Positions 49,940 to 59,743 of a stretch of 64,000 nucleotides of DNA are shown one piece after another. The position numbers were made by a program, and so were the translations under genes. How positions within the stretch are numbered: position 1 is the first letter of the stretch; each line of letters begins with the position of its first letter. The stretch comes from Candidatus Collierbacteria bacterium GW2011_GWB2_45_17 (GTDB lineage Bacteria; Patescibacteriota; Microgenomatia; UBA1400; MFAQ01), in assembly GCA_001001485.1 (NCBI GenBank), contig LCKO01000005.1:3552-67551 (forward strand), in the 5' to 3' direction. The notes beneath the pieces are model-generated. The model did not search any database, was not told the origin of the DNA, and saw nothing but the letters and a program-made list of their open reading frames with translations.

Positions 49940-50011
49940 TTGCCGAGCTAGGATTCGAACCTAGGATATCCTCCTTCAAAGGGAGGCGTCCTACCACTAG
50001 ACGACTCGGCA
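49940..50011 (-). tRNA. tRNA-Gln(TTG)
   Basis: TGCCGAG/CTCGGCA; CCTCC-CTTTGAA-GGAGG. Confidence 0.93.
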
Positions 50012-50145
50012 ATACTGCCTATATTTTACAACGTACTTGGCTTTAGTTGGGGATTTTGACACAAACAACTGACTGTACAGAGCAAAGTTTCAATAGGCGG
50101 GACATCCACTAAAAACCGCCCATGTAATCACAGGCGGTCGTAAGC

Positions 50146-51222
50146 TTAGTTAAGGAACAAAATGTCATAGTTGAAAAATGAATCCTTATTTTCAAGAACT
50201 GGGGTTTCCTGTCCGCTCGACAGGTCGTACTTATACAAATTGGTGTGCCCAAAGATTTGAGCATCAGTCCGGAATTGTTTCTCAAAGAGAATGAAGGTCC
50301 CGTCCAAAGACCACGCAGGGGAGCTCCCTTCGGCGACTATTTTCGGATCGGAGCCGTCGGAGTTCGCCATATAAACAGAACCAACTCCCTCAGGTGTATA
50401 ACCGGTATAAGCGAACCTACTACCATCCTGGGACCAGACAATATCACGAGCCTCCTGGTTGATGAGAACTTTCCGACCGGATCCATCGAAGTTAATTTGA
50501 ACAATGGTGTCATTCAAGTAGCTGGCGAAAATCAGGGTACCGCTGGGGCTAATTGCTTGGGAAACGGCCTTGTCGGCGATCAGATTCATATATAACAGTG
50601 AGCCCTCGTCCAGTACCATGTGGTATAGCTTGTTTCCTTCGCCTTCCCAGTTTGAATTAAAAACGATATCGTATATTCCGTTTTTGACTACCGGGCTCCA
50701 GACAAAAGACATGACATTGAACCGATCACTGCAAGAACCGGTGGGGGGCAAGTCATACTCTGAGCAATTTATGGTATAAACCCAATTCATAGTGTCCAGG
50801 CACCAGTTGTCAGAACCGTCTGAATTCATGATGCAGAAGCCACCCTTATTGGTTCCAGTGAAGTAGGCAATATATTTGCCGTCAGGGGAAACGGTTGGAT
50901 TGAACTCGTTGACCATATGGGTATTTGTAAGGTTGGTCTTTTTACCAGATTTGAGATCTAGTACCCAGATGTCGCCATTTCCCTGGTTGTTTTCCTCGTC
51001 TTCGGAAGCCACATAAGCCAGCCTCCTATCAGGAAAAAGTGAGGGATTCCAGCCATTTACTACTAGTTTAACTGTTTGGCTGGAGTCGTGCTGAACAATA
51101 GTTTGGTCGGTGAAATCGCCGGTAGCGTCATAGGACACCGACAGGAACCTGTAACTCGGTGCCTGAGAACAGGAAAACAGAGCAATAATCACCAACAAAA
51201 GACTTGATATGCGTTGTTTCAA
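50146..51222 (-). CDS. TolB-like beta-propeller lipoprotein
   Basis: Lipobox-like LFSC; PD40 repeats SPDGKYIAY, WSQDGSRFAY, PAWSLDG. Confidence 0.8.
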   Translation of the reverse strand: MKQRISSLLLVIIALFSCSQAPSYRFLSVSYDATGDFTDQTIVQHDSSQTVKLVVNGWNPSLFPDRRLAYVASEDEENNQGNGDIWVLDLKSGKKTNLTNTHMVNEFNPTVSPDGKYIAYFTGTNKGGFCIMNSDGSDNWCLDTMNWVYTINCSEYDLPPTGSCSDRFNVMSFVWSPVVKNGIYDIVFNSNWEGEGNKLYHMVLDEGSLLYMNLIADKAVSQAISPSGTLIFASYLNDTIVQINFDGSGRKVLINQEARDIVWSQDGSRFAYTGYTPEGVGSVYMANSDGSDPKIVAEGSSPAWSLDGTFILFEKQFRTDAQIFGHTNLYKYDLSSGQETPVLENKDSFFNYDILFLN

Positions 51223-51340
51223 GTTGATCCTCCATGAATCTTTGATTTGACAATTTTAGAGAACAGTCAGGTGAATAATAACACGGCCGAAGCCAAATGT
51301 CAAGGTTATAGGACGAGAGCGCCGAATAACATTTTCTACA

Positions 51341-51550
51341 CGTCATTTCGACCAACCTGCCCGCAGGCGCTAAAGCGCAGCTTTTGCAGGCGGGAGTGGA
51401 GAAATCCCATTCCACGAGTATGAGATCCTTCGACTTCGCTCAGGATGACGTTGGTGGAGGGAGATCTCCCACTTCTGGGATCAACGACCCCGACTACGCT
51501 CGGGATGGCGAGGCCGCGTCACCGCCTCTACGGGATCTCGCCAAGGGCGA
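51341..51550. repeat. Cluster of nested palindromic repeats
   Basis: CGTCATTTCGACC...GAGAAATC; GAGATCCTTCGACTTCGCTCAGGATGACG; CCTGCCCGCAGG. Confidence 0.65.
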
Positions 51551-52337
51551 TGACCAAAGGCGCTGGTCGGCAATAACCCCTATATTTTATAACACCGGAG
51601 TAAACATTCCCCGCTACCAGCGCCAACTCAGGTGTTGAAAACAAAGGCCCGATCTGGAAACTGGAACCAAAGAGCACTCCCACTAATAAACCATAAAATA
51701 TTTGTGCCGACCTCCTCGGCGGGGTTGTCAGCGGTTCTGTGAGCATAATTGTTCCAAAAAAGAAGATCGGCCAAGAAATAAATATTTGAGAATACAGTTC
51801 CACCACATCTACTCCCTTAATCATTCCTAACACAGACACGGTCGTTACCGCCCCCATAAAAAAAGTTAAAAACAAATTAAGCCGCCTTAATTTTCGAAGG
51901 ACAAGTATTCCAATCACCATTACCGCCGGTAGCATCAGTCCACTTCCCACCCACCAAACAACCGACCCAAATTTCAATAAACTCAAAATTAAAAGAGAGA
52001 TGGCCGCTGGATTTAAAATATGTTTCTTCTTGATTACAAAGACATATTTTGATGAAATAGCTATCAAGCCTGCCAGCGCGACGACTGATAGATCGACGGG
52101 GGAAAGCACTAAAGTTAAAATAAAAGCTGTAATCAAAGTCGATTCAATGTTTGTCTTTATTTTAAGCAAAAACGAAAGAATTATATTCGTCGTCACACAG
52201 GTAAGACACAAGACAGCTGAAGATAACAGTATCTCCCAGCCTGTATAAGGCAGACTTCCCAAAAATCCCAAAACTGTAGCGTAGCCCAGGGTAGTCAATA
52301 GGCCATAAAGCATCAATTTTCTTAGCATAAAATACAT
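51528..52337 (-). CDS. RnfD/NqrB-like membrane protein, possibly C-terminally truncated
   Basis: SKYV...KHILNPAA; FFFGTIMLTEPLTTP. Confidence 0.7.
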   Translation of the reverse strand: MYFMLRKLMLYGLLTTLGYATVLGFLGSLPYTGWEILLSSAVLCLTCVTTNIILSFLLKIKTNIESTLITAFILTLVLSPVDLSVVALAGLIAISSKYVFVIKKKHILNPAAISLLILSLLKFGSVVWWVGSGLMLPAVMVIGILVLRKLRRLNLFLTFFMGAVTTVSVLGMIKGVDVVELYSQIFISWPIFFFGTIMLTEPLTTPPRRSAQIFYGLLVGVLFGSSFQIGPLFSTPELALVAGNVYSGVIKYRGYCRPAPLVIALGEIP

Positions 52338-52386
52338 TTTATACTCCTCACTTGCTTTACCCATACCAAAATGTATATAGTTACCC

Positions 52387-53157
52387 ATGCCTGACTTTTC
52401 ACCAGAGTCAACCAAGTCACTGTTTACAGAGAAATATAAAAATGATGTTCTCGGTAACTCGTATTCAGAAATTACCCAAAAACTAGATTCAATCTCGCCA
52501 AAAATTTATGGAGACTATCGAAAAATACTTGTTTTTGGCACCGTTTTCGAGACTTTAGCAGTTCAAGAACAATTAGCCAATACTCCCGAGACCCTATCGC
52601 AAAAAGGCATGAGAAGGTTGGTTGAAGATTTATATCAACAATCTCAGCTAGCATTGGGTGAACTTACACCGATTAGTACCCCTGACTTTGTTAGCGTTAT
52701 CTTTGACAAAAATGGGGAACTTATTGTTGATCAAATTGTGGAAATGAAGACGTCAGGTAAGGCACTTGAAGTCGGTATCGGAAAAGAACAACCAAAAAAA
52801 TCGGTCGAAACTATCGAAAGAGTTGTTAGCTTAATAAATTCCATTATTGAGAACAAAAGCGTTTCACACTTGTCTTCAAAAGATAAAATTTCAAACAAAA
52901 AAGAGGAGAAGAGACAAGTGTTTCTAAATAAAATTCTTAAGAAAATCGCTGAGTTAGATATTAATGAAACAATAACCCTTTCTCCAAGCCTGGAATACGT
53001 GATTATTTTGCCGCAAGGAGAAAATAGAGACATCTCGGATTTAAAATTACATAGTAAAGATGGGACGGCTATAGAGGCCAAGATCATAAATAGTCAATTT
53101 TCCAAAAAAGATATCCATCATGTCATTGACCATTATGCTGAAAACGATATAGAATAA
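52387..53157 (+). CDS. Hypothetical protein with PD-(D/E)xK-like motif
   Basis: VFETLA...TPDFV...IVEMKTS. Confidence 0.6.
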   Translation: MPDFSPESTKSLFTEKYKNDVLGNSYSEITQKLDSISPKIYGDYRKILVFGTVFETLAVQEQLANTPETLSQKGMRRLVEDLYQQSQLALGELTPISTPDFVSVIFDKNGELIVDQIVEMKTSGKALEVGIGKEQPKKSVETIERVVSLINSIIENKSVSHLSSKDKISNKKEEKRQVFLNKILKKIAELDINETITLSPSLEYVIILPQGENRDISDLKLHSKDGTAIEAKIINSQFSKKDIHHVIDHYAENDIE

Positions 53158-53165
53158 ACCCTGCT

Positions 53166-53582
53166 ATGGACAACACCAATGAAGCCGTTACCAGCCTTTT
53201 TGCCATCGAGAATCTGATCAAAACACACATCTCTCACATCGACACGGTCAAGATCGAGCTGGCCAAGCAAGCCGAGATGTTTAATGACATTTTGAACAAC
53301 GACGCCGGCTATAAAAAAGCGGCCGATGAGAGCAAGGAGATAAACAAGAAAAAAGCCGAAGCTAAACAAAATATTCTCAAATCTCCGTCCAACGCCTCCT
53401 TAAATCAAAAAATAAAAGACATGCGCCAGGAAATCAAGGAACTTAAAAATGCTCTCAGTAACTATCTCCAACAATATCAAAAAATTGCCGACACCGATCA
53501 GATCGAAAGTGAGGATGGTGAAGTCCGCCAAATCGTCTTCAATGCCCACCTGGTGAAGCTCTCAGGCCGATTCTCAAAGTAG
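53166..53582 (+). CDS. Coiled-coil hypothetical protein
   Basis: 138 aa helical ORF with host-like codon usage. Confidence 0.75.
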   Translation: MDNTNEAVTSLFAIENLIKTHISHIDTVKIELAKQAEMFNDILNNDAGYKKAADESKEINKKKAEAKQNILKSPSNASLNQKIKDMRQEIKELKNALSNYLQQYQKIADTDQIESEDGEVRQIVFNAHLVKLSGRFSK

Positions 53583-53616
53583 CTTTTAGTGCGATTATAG
53601 GGTATAATTACTCAGT

Positions 53617-55443
53617 ATGCTAAACATCAGAAACATTGCCGTCATTGCTCACGTCGATCATGGCAAAACCACTCTCATCGACGCTTTCATCAAACAGTCA
53701 CATATTTTCCGTGACAATCAAGACGAAATGAGTCAAACCACCCTTCTCGACAGCAATGTACTGGAAAGAGAGCGGGGAATCACTATTTTGGCCAAGAATA
53801 TCTCAGTTAATTACAAAGGCACCAAGATCAATATCATCGATACTCCTGGCCACTCCGACTTCTCTGGCGAGGTCGAAAGAACTCTGGGTATGGCCGATGG
53901 AGCTCTCCTTATCGTCGACGCCCAAGAAGGTCCCATGCCTCAGACTCGTTTTGTGCTCAAAAAAGCCTTCGAACTTGATCTCAAAGTCATTGTGGTCATC
54001 AACAAGATTGACAAGCCAAATGCCGATATTTCCAAAACCGAAAGCAGAATTTCCAACCTTTTCCTTGAACTAGCCACCGAAGATCATCATATCGACTATC
54101 CCATTCTTTACGCTGTGAGTAAATCAGGTAAAGTTTTTGATACTTTACCGGAAAATTTTGAAGCACCGGGAAATGTCATTCCTTTACTGGATAAAATTTT
54201 GGAATTTATTCCCAATCCCACTAACGACCAAAAAGGTAGCTTTAAAATGCTCATTTCTTCTTTAAATCATGACTCTCACCTGGGTCGCATTATCGTCGGT
54301 AAAATTTTTCGCGGATCCATAAAACCAGGCCAAAAGGTACTTCTTCTTGGAGAAACTCCCAAGTCACACCAAATTAACAAAGTTTTTACCTCCGAAGGAC
54401 TGGGCCGCTTAGCCGTTGAAGAGGCCTACGCCGGTGACATCGTTTCTCTTACCGGAATCACCAACTGTAAAATAGGTCAAACCATATCAACCTTAGGAGA
54501 TACCGAACCTTTAGCCTCAGCCATCATCACCGAACCCACTCTTCACATCACCGTCGGACCAAACACCTCACCCTTATCCGGCAGGGAAGGGGAGTTTACC
54601 ACCGCTCGTCAAATAGAAGAGCGCTTAGCCAAAGAGCTAGAGATCAATCTATCTCTAAAACTTGAAAAATTGGAGAGTGGCAAATATAAAGTCTCAGGAA
54701 AGGGTGAACTTCACCTGGCGGTACTGTTGGAAACTTTGCGTCGTGAGGGATATGAGGTTGAGGTGGGTAAGCCCGAAGTAATTTACAAAATCATTGATGG
54801 TCAAAAGTGTGAACCCTACGAAGATGTCAATATCGTGGCTCCTCAGGAATATTTAGGCACTATTACTCAAGAAGTCGGCAAACGACTGGGAGTCCTGTCT
54901 CACATGGACCCTGTCAGTGATAAGGAAGTCGAGTTTGTGTATAAAATGCCTACTCGAGCCATCCTTGGACTCCGCTCTCTTCTACTGACCGCCACCAAAG
55001 GCACCGTCATCTTTAACAGTCAATTTTTGGACTTTGAGCCGGTAGGGGAGAATCTGCCCAAAATGCGCCGAGGTGTTCTGATAGCCACCAACTCCGGCGA
55101 AGCCCTCTCGTATGGCCTTCAAGCCGCTCAGGAGCGTGGTAGCACCTTCGTGGAGCCGGCCGACGCTATTTATGAAGGTCAAATCGTCGGTGCCAACGCC
55201 AAAGCTGAAGATATCGAGATCAACGCCTGCAAAGGCAAGCAACTTACCAACATGCGCTCTAAGTCCTCAGACGGCGTTATCCAGCTCGTTCCCGCCATCA
55301 AATTCTCCTTAGAACAGTGTCTGGACTTCTTGGAAAGCGACGAGCTTTTGGAAATCACTCCCAAGAACCTGCGACTACGCAAAAAATACCTCACTCAAGT
55401 TGAACGTCGTCGTCACCGTGACGAAATCAAAAACACCTACTAA
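53617..55443 (+). CDS. typA: Translational GTPase TypA/BipA
   Basis: AHVDHGKTT, DTPGHSDF, NKID, ELLEITPKNLRLRK. Confidence 0.96.
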   Translation: MLNIRNIAVIAHVDHGKTTLIDAFIKQSHIFRDNQDEMSQTTLLDSNVLERERGITILAKNISVNYKGTKINIIDTPGHSDFSGEVERTLGMADGALLIVDAQEGPMPQTRFVLKKAFELDLKVIVVINKIDKPNADISKTESRISNLFLELATEDHHIDYPILYAVSKSGKVFDTLPENFEAPGNVIPLLDKILEFIPNPTNDQKGSFKMLISSLNHDSHLGRIIVGKIFRGSIKPGQKVLLLGETPKSHQINKVFTSEGLGRLAVEEAYAGDIVSLTGITNCKIGQTISTLGDTEPLASAIITEPTLHITVGPNTSPLSGREGEFTTARQIEERLAKELEINLSLKLEKLESGKYKVSGKGELHLAVLLETLRREGYEVEVGKPEVIYKIIDGQKCEPYEDVNIVAPQEYLGTITQEVGKRLGVLSHMDPVSDKEVEFVYKMPTRAILGLRSLLLTATKGTVIFNSQFLDFEPVGENLPKMRRGVLIATNSGEALSYGLQAAQERGSTFVEPADAIYEGQIVGANAKAEDIEINACKGKQLTNMRSKSSDGVIQLVPAIKFSLEQCLDFLESDELLEITPKNLRLRKKYLTQVERRRHRDEIKNTY

Positions 55444-55473
55444 CATTTTCCACTCAGGGGTGATACACTACTA

Positions 55474-55488
55474 GTGTATTAGCGACAC
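55474..55488. promoter_or_regulatory. NrtR operator upstream of nadE
   Basis: GTGT-ATTAGCG-ACAC just after TGATACACT (extended -10). Confidence 0.75.
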
Positions 55489-55512
55489 TTTGTACTTTTA
55501 CAGGAGGTCACT

Positions 55513-56463
55513 TTGAAAATCTTAAACTATAGGCAGGCTCGCAAAATCGAGGATATGGCCGTTACCGATTTGGCCAAATATATCAAGACAGCCGGACTCA
55601 AAACTATTGTTTTGGGAATTTCCGGCGGACTCGACTCAGCCGTCATGGCCATACTTGGTCTCAAAACCATCAACAAACTTCAGAAAGAGGGTTATCAATG
55701 CGCCCACATCTACGATTTTATCGGAGTAGAAAGCCACTCGGACGATCTAAAGAAAGCTCGAGTCCTGTCTCACGAATTTGGCTTTGATCTTAGCGAATAC
55801 GATTATACCGAGTGGTATCGTCAATCTCCCATTCGTCTTAATTCACACGCCGACCAATGGAAAATTCGCGTAGCCAACGGTAATCTCAAATGTCGTCTTC
55901 GTATGCTCCATTTATATGATCGTTCTCAGCTTTTTGGCGGCATCGTTCTCGACACAGATGATTTCTCGGAACTTCTCATGGGTTTCTGGACTCGTCATGG
56001 AGATGAGGGAGATGTAAAAATAATCCAACATCTTACCAAAGACGAAGTTCGAGATTTGGGAGAGTATTTAGGTATTTCCAAACTGATTCTTGAAGCGGCT
56101 CCAGGCGATGGTTTGGGAATCACCGATACCAACATGGCCAAAGATCAGCTCAAAATGGACTACATGAAAACAGATTACATCGTCAGTCATCTTTATCAAA
56201 GCGGTCTGAACTATAACAGTGACATCTCCTTACTCCAAACCCAAAGGTGTCTCAGAATTATCAAAGAAATTGCCGAAGAAATTTCAGAGTCGGTCGAAAA
56301 TGTCACCCATGTAGTCAAACAAGCTCTCAAGACGGCCTTCAAAAGAAAGTACGGTGATAATGTGGCCATCTTATTATCCTCCCGTACCAAATTGGGTCTA
56401 CCGGAACTCGGAACTCCAATATTTAACAAACTATATCTGGAGGCCATCAAAAAATCTCAATAA
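55513..56463 (+). CDS. nadE: NH3-dependent NAD+ synthetase
   Basis: LGISGGLDSA, GNLKCRLRM, SELLMGFWTRHGD, LTKDEV. Confidence 0.85.
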   Translation: MKILNYRQARKIEDMAVTDLAKYIKTAGLKTIVLGISGGLDSAVMAILGLKTINKLQKEGYQCAHIYDFIGVESHSDDLKKARVLSHEFGFDLSEYDYTEWYRQSPIRLNSHADQWKIRVANGNLKCRLRMLHLYDRSQLFGGIVLDTDDFSELLMGFWTRHGDEGDVKIIQHLTKDEVRDLGEYLGISKLILEAAPGDGLGITDTNMAKDQLKMDYMKTDYIVSHLYQSGLNYNSDISLLQTQRCLRIIKEIAEEISESVENVTHVVKQALKTAFKRKYGDNVAILLSSRTKLGLPELGTPIFNKLYLEAIKKSQ

Positions 56464-56470
56464 TACCCCG

Positions 56471-56494
56471 AAACCCCGCCAATGCGGGGTTTTT
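56471..56494. terminator. Bidirectional intrinsic terminator
   Basis: AAACCCCGC-CAAT-GCGGGGTTTTT. Confidence 0.7.
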
Positions 56495-56499
56495 AATTG

Positions 56500-56573
<74 letters not shown>

Positions 56574-56578
56574 ATGAG

Positions 56579-56662
56579 TGCCGGGGGCGGGAATCGGACC
56601 CGCACTCCTTTAGAGGGAACGGGATTTTAAGTCCCGCGTGGCTACCATTTCACCACCCCGGC
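56579..56662 (-). tRNA. tRNA-Leu(TAA), T-loop TCCGATT
   Basis: CGGGA-CTTAAAA-TCCCG; variable arm. Confidence 0.92.
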
Positions 56663-56696
56663 CCAAACATATCTATTTTAACCCAAAATACATCAC

Positions 56697-56725
56697 TGTC
56701 ATTCCGGACTTGATCCAGAATCCAG
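56697..56725. repeat. GTCATTCCGGACTTGATCC(A)GAATCCA palindromic element
   Basis: RPE/REP-like GTCATT-headed palindrome. Confidence 0.55.
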
Positions 56726-56746
56726 AAAACTTGATATGATTATGAT

Positions 56747-57079
56747 ATGAAATTCAATCTTCGCCTCTCGTATTTGTATCTATTCTCCTTCGTCGGGCTC
56801 CTAATTACCATTATTGGTAGTATCCAAATACTCGATCTGGGGCTCAAAACCTACGTTTTTAAAGTCTCCGAGTATACCTACTATGCTGAGCCGATAAAGT
56901 CCCCTGATGGTATATCCACCGACCTCTCCGTCGAAGAACAAAAACAACGCAATCAACTAGAACAAGCCAACCAGCGCAAACGCCAGCTTTCTACCTCTCT
57001 TTCCATGATTCTCGTCGGCGTGCCTGTATATCTGTATCACTGGAAAACCATCAAGAAAGAAAATCGGCCAGAAAATTGA
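56747..57079 (+). CDS. 2-TM hypothetical protein (DUF5671-like)
   Basis: YLYLFSFVGL...GVPVYLYHW. Confidence 0.75.
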   Translation: MKFNLRLSYLYLFSFVGLLITIIGSIQILDLGLKTYVFKVSEYTYYAEPIKSPDGISTDLSVEEQKQRNQLEQANQRKRQLSTSLSMILVGVPVYLYHWKTIKKENRPEN

Positions 57080-57736
57080 GCTGGAGATGGGATATGGCTC
57101 GGACGGAATTGAGACAAATTGTGGTGCAAATTGAGGCTCTCGAATCATTAAATACAGGCTCAACTTAGACCCATAATTTGACTTATGCAAGCTTGGCAAT
57201 TATAATAAGTAACATTCATCTTGGAGGTCCACTTGAACATTTCAAAATTAGTAAGAGAAAACGAATCTGTTTTTCGAGAGATTCTTCATGACTTAAAAGT
57301 CAGGTTTCCACTTTTTGTACCCGAAACGTTAGATGCTGACGGAGACATTGACTCACTCCTAAGTTTATTTACACCAACATTTGCGAGTAGTGGTTTTGGA
57401 ATCGGAGAATTTGAAGTAGGTCCAGAGAATCTCGACCAAACAGAAGGTCAGCAAAAATTTAAACTTCACAGTAATGAATTAAAAATAAATGAAGCTGTAA
57501 TTGAAATTCACAATTTTCAGACCTTGTCAGGATACAACATGATTCTTCTATACGACATTACCCCCAACCAGCCACTGCAATTTAAGAGGCATGCTCCAGG
57601 AATGATAACGCGGTCCTGAGTCGCCATAAACCCAGACTCTTAAGATGTTACTGAAAATAACTCTCTACCTAAGCACCTAGAAATGGGTGCTTTTTATATG
57701 AGAAACAGTGTGGAGAATTCTATACTCCAAGTGAGC
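57077..57736 (+). mobile_element. Probable cassette unit 4 at tRNA-Gly(TCC)
   Basis: TGAGC repeat at 57077-57081 and 57732-57736 ending at tRNA position 71; TCGGAC T-loop mimic at 57099-57104. Confidence 0.4.
57221..57619 (+). CDS. Hypothetical protein
   Basis: AT-rich ORF after TATAAT; start may be TTG at 57233 after GGAGG; terminator at 57671-57696. Confidence 0.6.
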   Translation: MEVHLNISKLVRENESVFREILHDLKVRFPLFVPETLDADGDIDSLLSLFTPTFASSGFGIGEFEVGPENLDQTEGQQKFKLHSNELKINEAVIEIHNFQTLSGYNMILLYDITPNQPLQFKRHAPGMITRS

Positions 57737-57804
57737 GGGTGAGGGGAGTCGGACCCCTTTCATCAGCTTGGAAAGCTGAGGTATTACCGGTATACGACAC
57801 CCGC
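57734..57804 (-). tRNA. tRNA-Gly(TCC), T-loop TCCGACT
   Basis: GCGGGTG/CACCCGC; TCAGC-TTTCCAA-GCTGA. Confidence 0.9.
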
Positions 57805-57861
57805 TAGCAGAGAAATTTTATCATAACAACCTTTTCCTTAGGATCAAACATCATCTCAAAT

Positions 57862-58317
57862 CTACTTGGGCTTTACTAAGTTCTCAAAAAACCCATTTTC
57901 TTCTAGCTCTTTAATGTATTTGAAGAGCTTATTGTAAACTTCGAGAGCTAGCTCCGGTCGATAAAACATTCCTGCGCTAGTACGAGTGACCAGCCCGACA
58001 GCTTTCATGTCTTCATCAAAAAGTTTGTCCTGACAAAGCATTACCTCTCTAAAACGTTGTCCTTCGGATCTAGATCCTGGTATAGCTCCCAAGGTAATTC
58101 TGACACCACGTTCGTCGGAATACTTGCTATTTTGAACCTTGAAAGTCTGCGTAATCCCACTCTTAACCAACTTTCTATATTCCCAAAGGACATCGCCCTT
58201 TTCCTTTGGCAATTTTACATACCCTAGAGCCAGCGCCAGCTTCTCTGGCGTGTTTATCTCCTTGTGTCTTTTACTCTCAACGACTGATTGATCAATATCT
58301 ACTTCTGGTCTGTTCAT
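57862..58317 (-). CDS. Hypothetical protein
   Basis: Start moved to MNRPEVD so that it does not overlap tRNA-Pro. Confidence 0.65.
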   Translation of the reverse strand: MNRPEVDIDQSVVESKRHKEINTPEKLALALGYVKLPKEKGDVLWEYRKLVKSGITQTFKVQNSKYSDERGVRITLGAIPGSRSEGQRFREVMLCQDKLFDEDMKAVGLVTRTSAGMFYRPELALEVYNKLFKYIKELEENGFFENLVKPK

Positions 58318-58336
58318 ATATTCAATGCTACTAATG

Positions 58337-58410
58337 TCGGGGTGAGAGGACTCGAACCTCCGGCCTCTGCGTCCCAAACGCAGCGCTCTAGCCATCTGAG
58401 CTACACCCCG
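58337..58410 (-). tRNA. tRNA-Pro(TGG)
   Basis: CGGGGTG acceptor; CTGCG-TTTGGGA-CGCAG. Confidence 0.94.
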
Positions 58411-58509
58411 ATATCATCATTTTACCATTCAAGCTTGTTTTTGAGGTAAAATACCTATGGCTCGTCATATGTGGAAGAATGTGGTTTACCGCGTGACGAA
58501 GCTTTACGT

Positions 58510-58585
58510 GGTGGCTGTAGCTTAGTTGGTTCAAAGCGCCTCCCTGTGGAGGAGGAGATCGGGAGTTCAAATCTCCTCAGCCACC
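58510..58585 (+). tRNA. tRNA-His(GTG)
   Basis: G-1, GTGGCTG/CAGCCAC, CCTCC-CTGTGGA-GGAGG, C73. Confidence 0.93.
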
Positions 58586-58590
58586 CAATA

Positions 58591-59743
58591 GATACCGTTC
58601 CAAAACGGTCACGTTTCGTCTAAAAAAAGATTGGTATATCAATACCTGGTTTTTTAGAGATCTGAAGGGGTATTTTACCGTTCAGAGGTTTGAATTTACC
58701 CTCACAATCAGTCAGTTTCTTAGTTCTTCTTCGCAGGAAGTAGCCATTAAGCCAAGTATCGGCGTGAGACATTGACTCAAAACCCTTAATGGTTTTGAGT
58801 CTTCCTTGTAAGTGAGAGTTAAAACACTCGATGAGATTGGTGGTGATTGGTAATCCTTTAAAGTTTCTCCAACCAAGGAGTAAGTCAGAGGACTTCGCTA
58901 AGTCAGTTAAGATAGCCAGACAGATTGGGTCATATTTCCACTTGTCAAACAAATACCTCGCCCTCTGGTTGTGATCTTCCAACGATCTCTTGCGGGAGAG
59001 TAGGTCTTCAATCAGGTGGACGAACTCAAGATGGAGAAAATCAGTCTTTAGATCAAAACAGTTTCTGACGTTTTGTTTGTAGTGGTTCTGGCAGAGCTGA
59101 ACCACCGCTCTCGGAAAGATATTCAGACAGGCGTCTCTGATGACTTGATTGTCGTCGCAGACCATGGCCTGGAGTGGGTAGTTAGCCAGCTTAAGCGAAG
59201 AGAAGAACTTAAGGAGAGTCAAATACCCCTCGTTGACTCCAAGTCTGTAAGAGGGAATATCGTGGCTCTGGTAGTCAACACCGTAGACGACCGGTAGTTT
59301 CCGGTCGTAGCCTTTGACCTTGACATATTTTCCGTCAACCAAAAGAATACCGGTATATTTAGAAGCGAAGTTACGAGTAATATCGGCACAATGAGGAAGC
59401 TTAGAAAGAACCTCGTTTACTCTCCGGAAGACAGTCCCCACTCCCAGGCCAGATTGATCAGCCAGAGAGCGAAAGGGTACTCCATCGAGATGAAGTAGCG
59501 CTAACTTGCCGTCGTCAACCGACGATCTACTTCTGTTGATTTGAAACCAATGGCTACACGATGAACAAGAATATTTAACCTTACCTCGACGCGAGCCTCT
59601 TTTCTGAGTGATTAACCAGCCGCAAGACGGACACTTGGGGTTTTTTCATACCTTAATCATACATTTGACTAGTCAAAACAGATGTTTTGTTGGATGCAGA
59701 CGTGATATATTTAAGAAAAACGAGACCGAAATGGAACGGTCTC
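58591..59743 (-). mobile_element. IS256/Mutator-like insertion sequence
   Basis: 26-bp imperfect TIRs (58591-58616 and 59718-59743, 21/26 identical); flanks CACCCAATA and CACCCCAAA. Confidence 0.8.
58620..59649 (-). pseudogene. DDE transposase with N-terminal Zn ribbon; frameshift just after the start codon
   Basis: LVDGKY, MVCDD, QLCQNHY (CxxH), TTNLIECFN; same frame extends upstream to PKCPSCG...CSSC; ATG at 59649 is out of frame by one base in A6C4. Confidence 0.75.

Larger units (their letters stand above)
48705..49942 (+). mobile_element. tRNA-Gln-integrated cassette unit 3 (HAD cargo)
   Basis: TTCTGTTG direct repeat at 48705-48712 and 49935-49942; left ...CYNEIRTYFRDHY*; right ...PFELWWAGARA... 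reading into antisense tRNA. Confidence 0.78.

Noticed and set aside
58318-58570. N-terminal extension of ORF 57862-58395 and ORF 58388-58570; also 56354-56713 and 49794-50012
   Set aside because: They overlap tRNA genes and are translation artefacts
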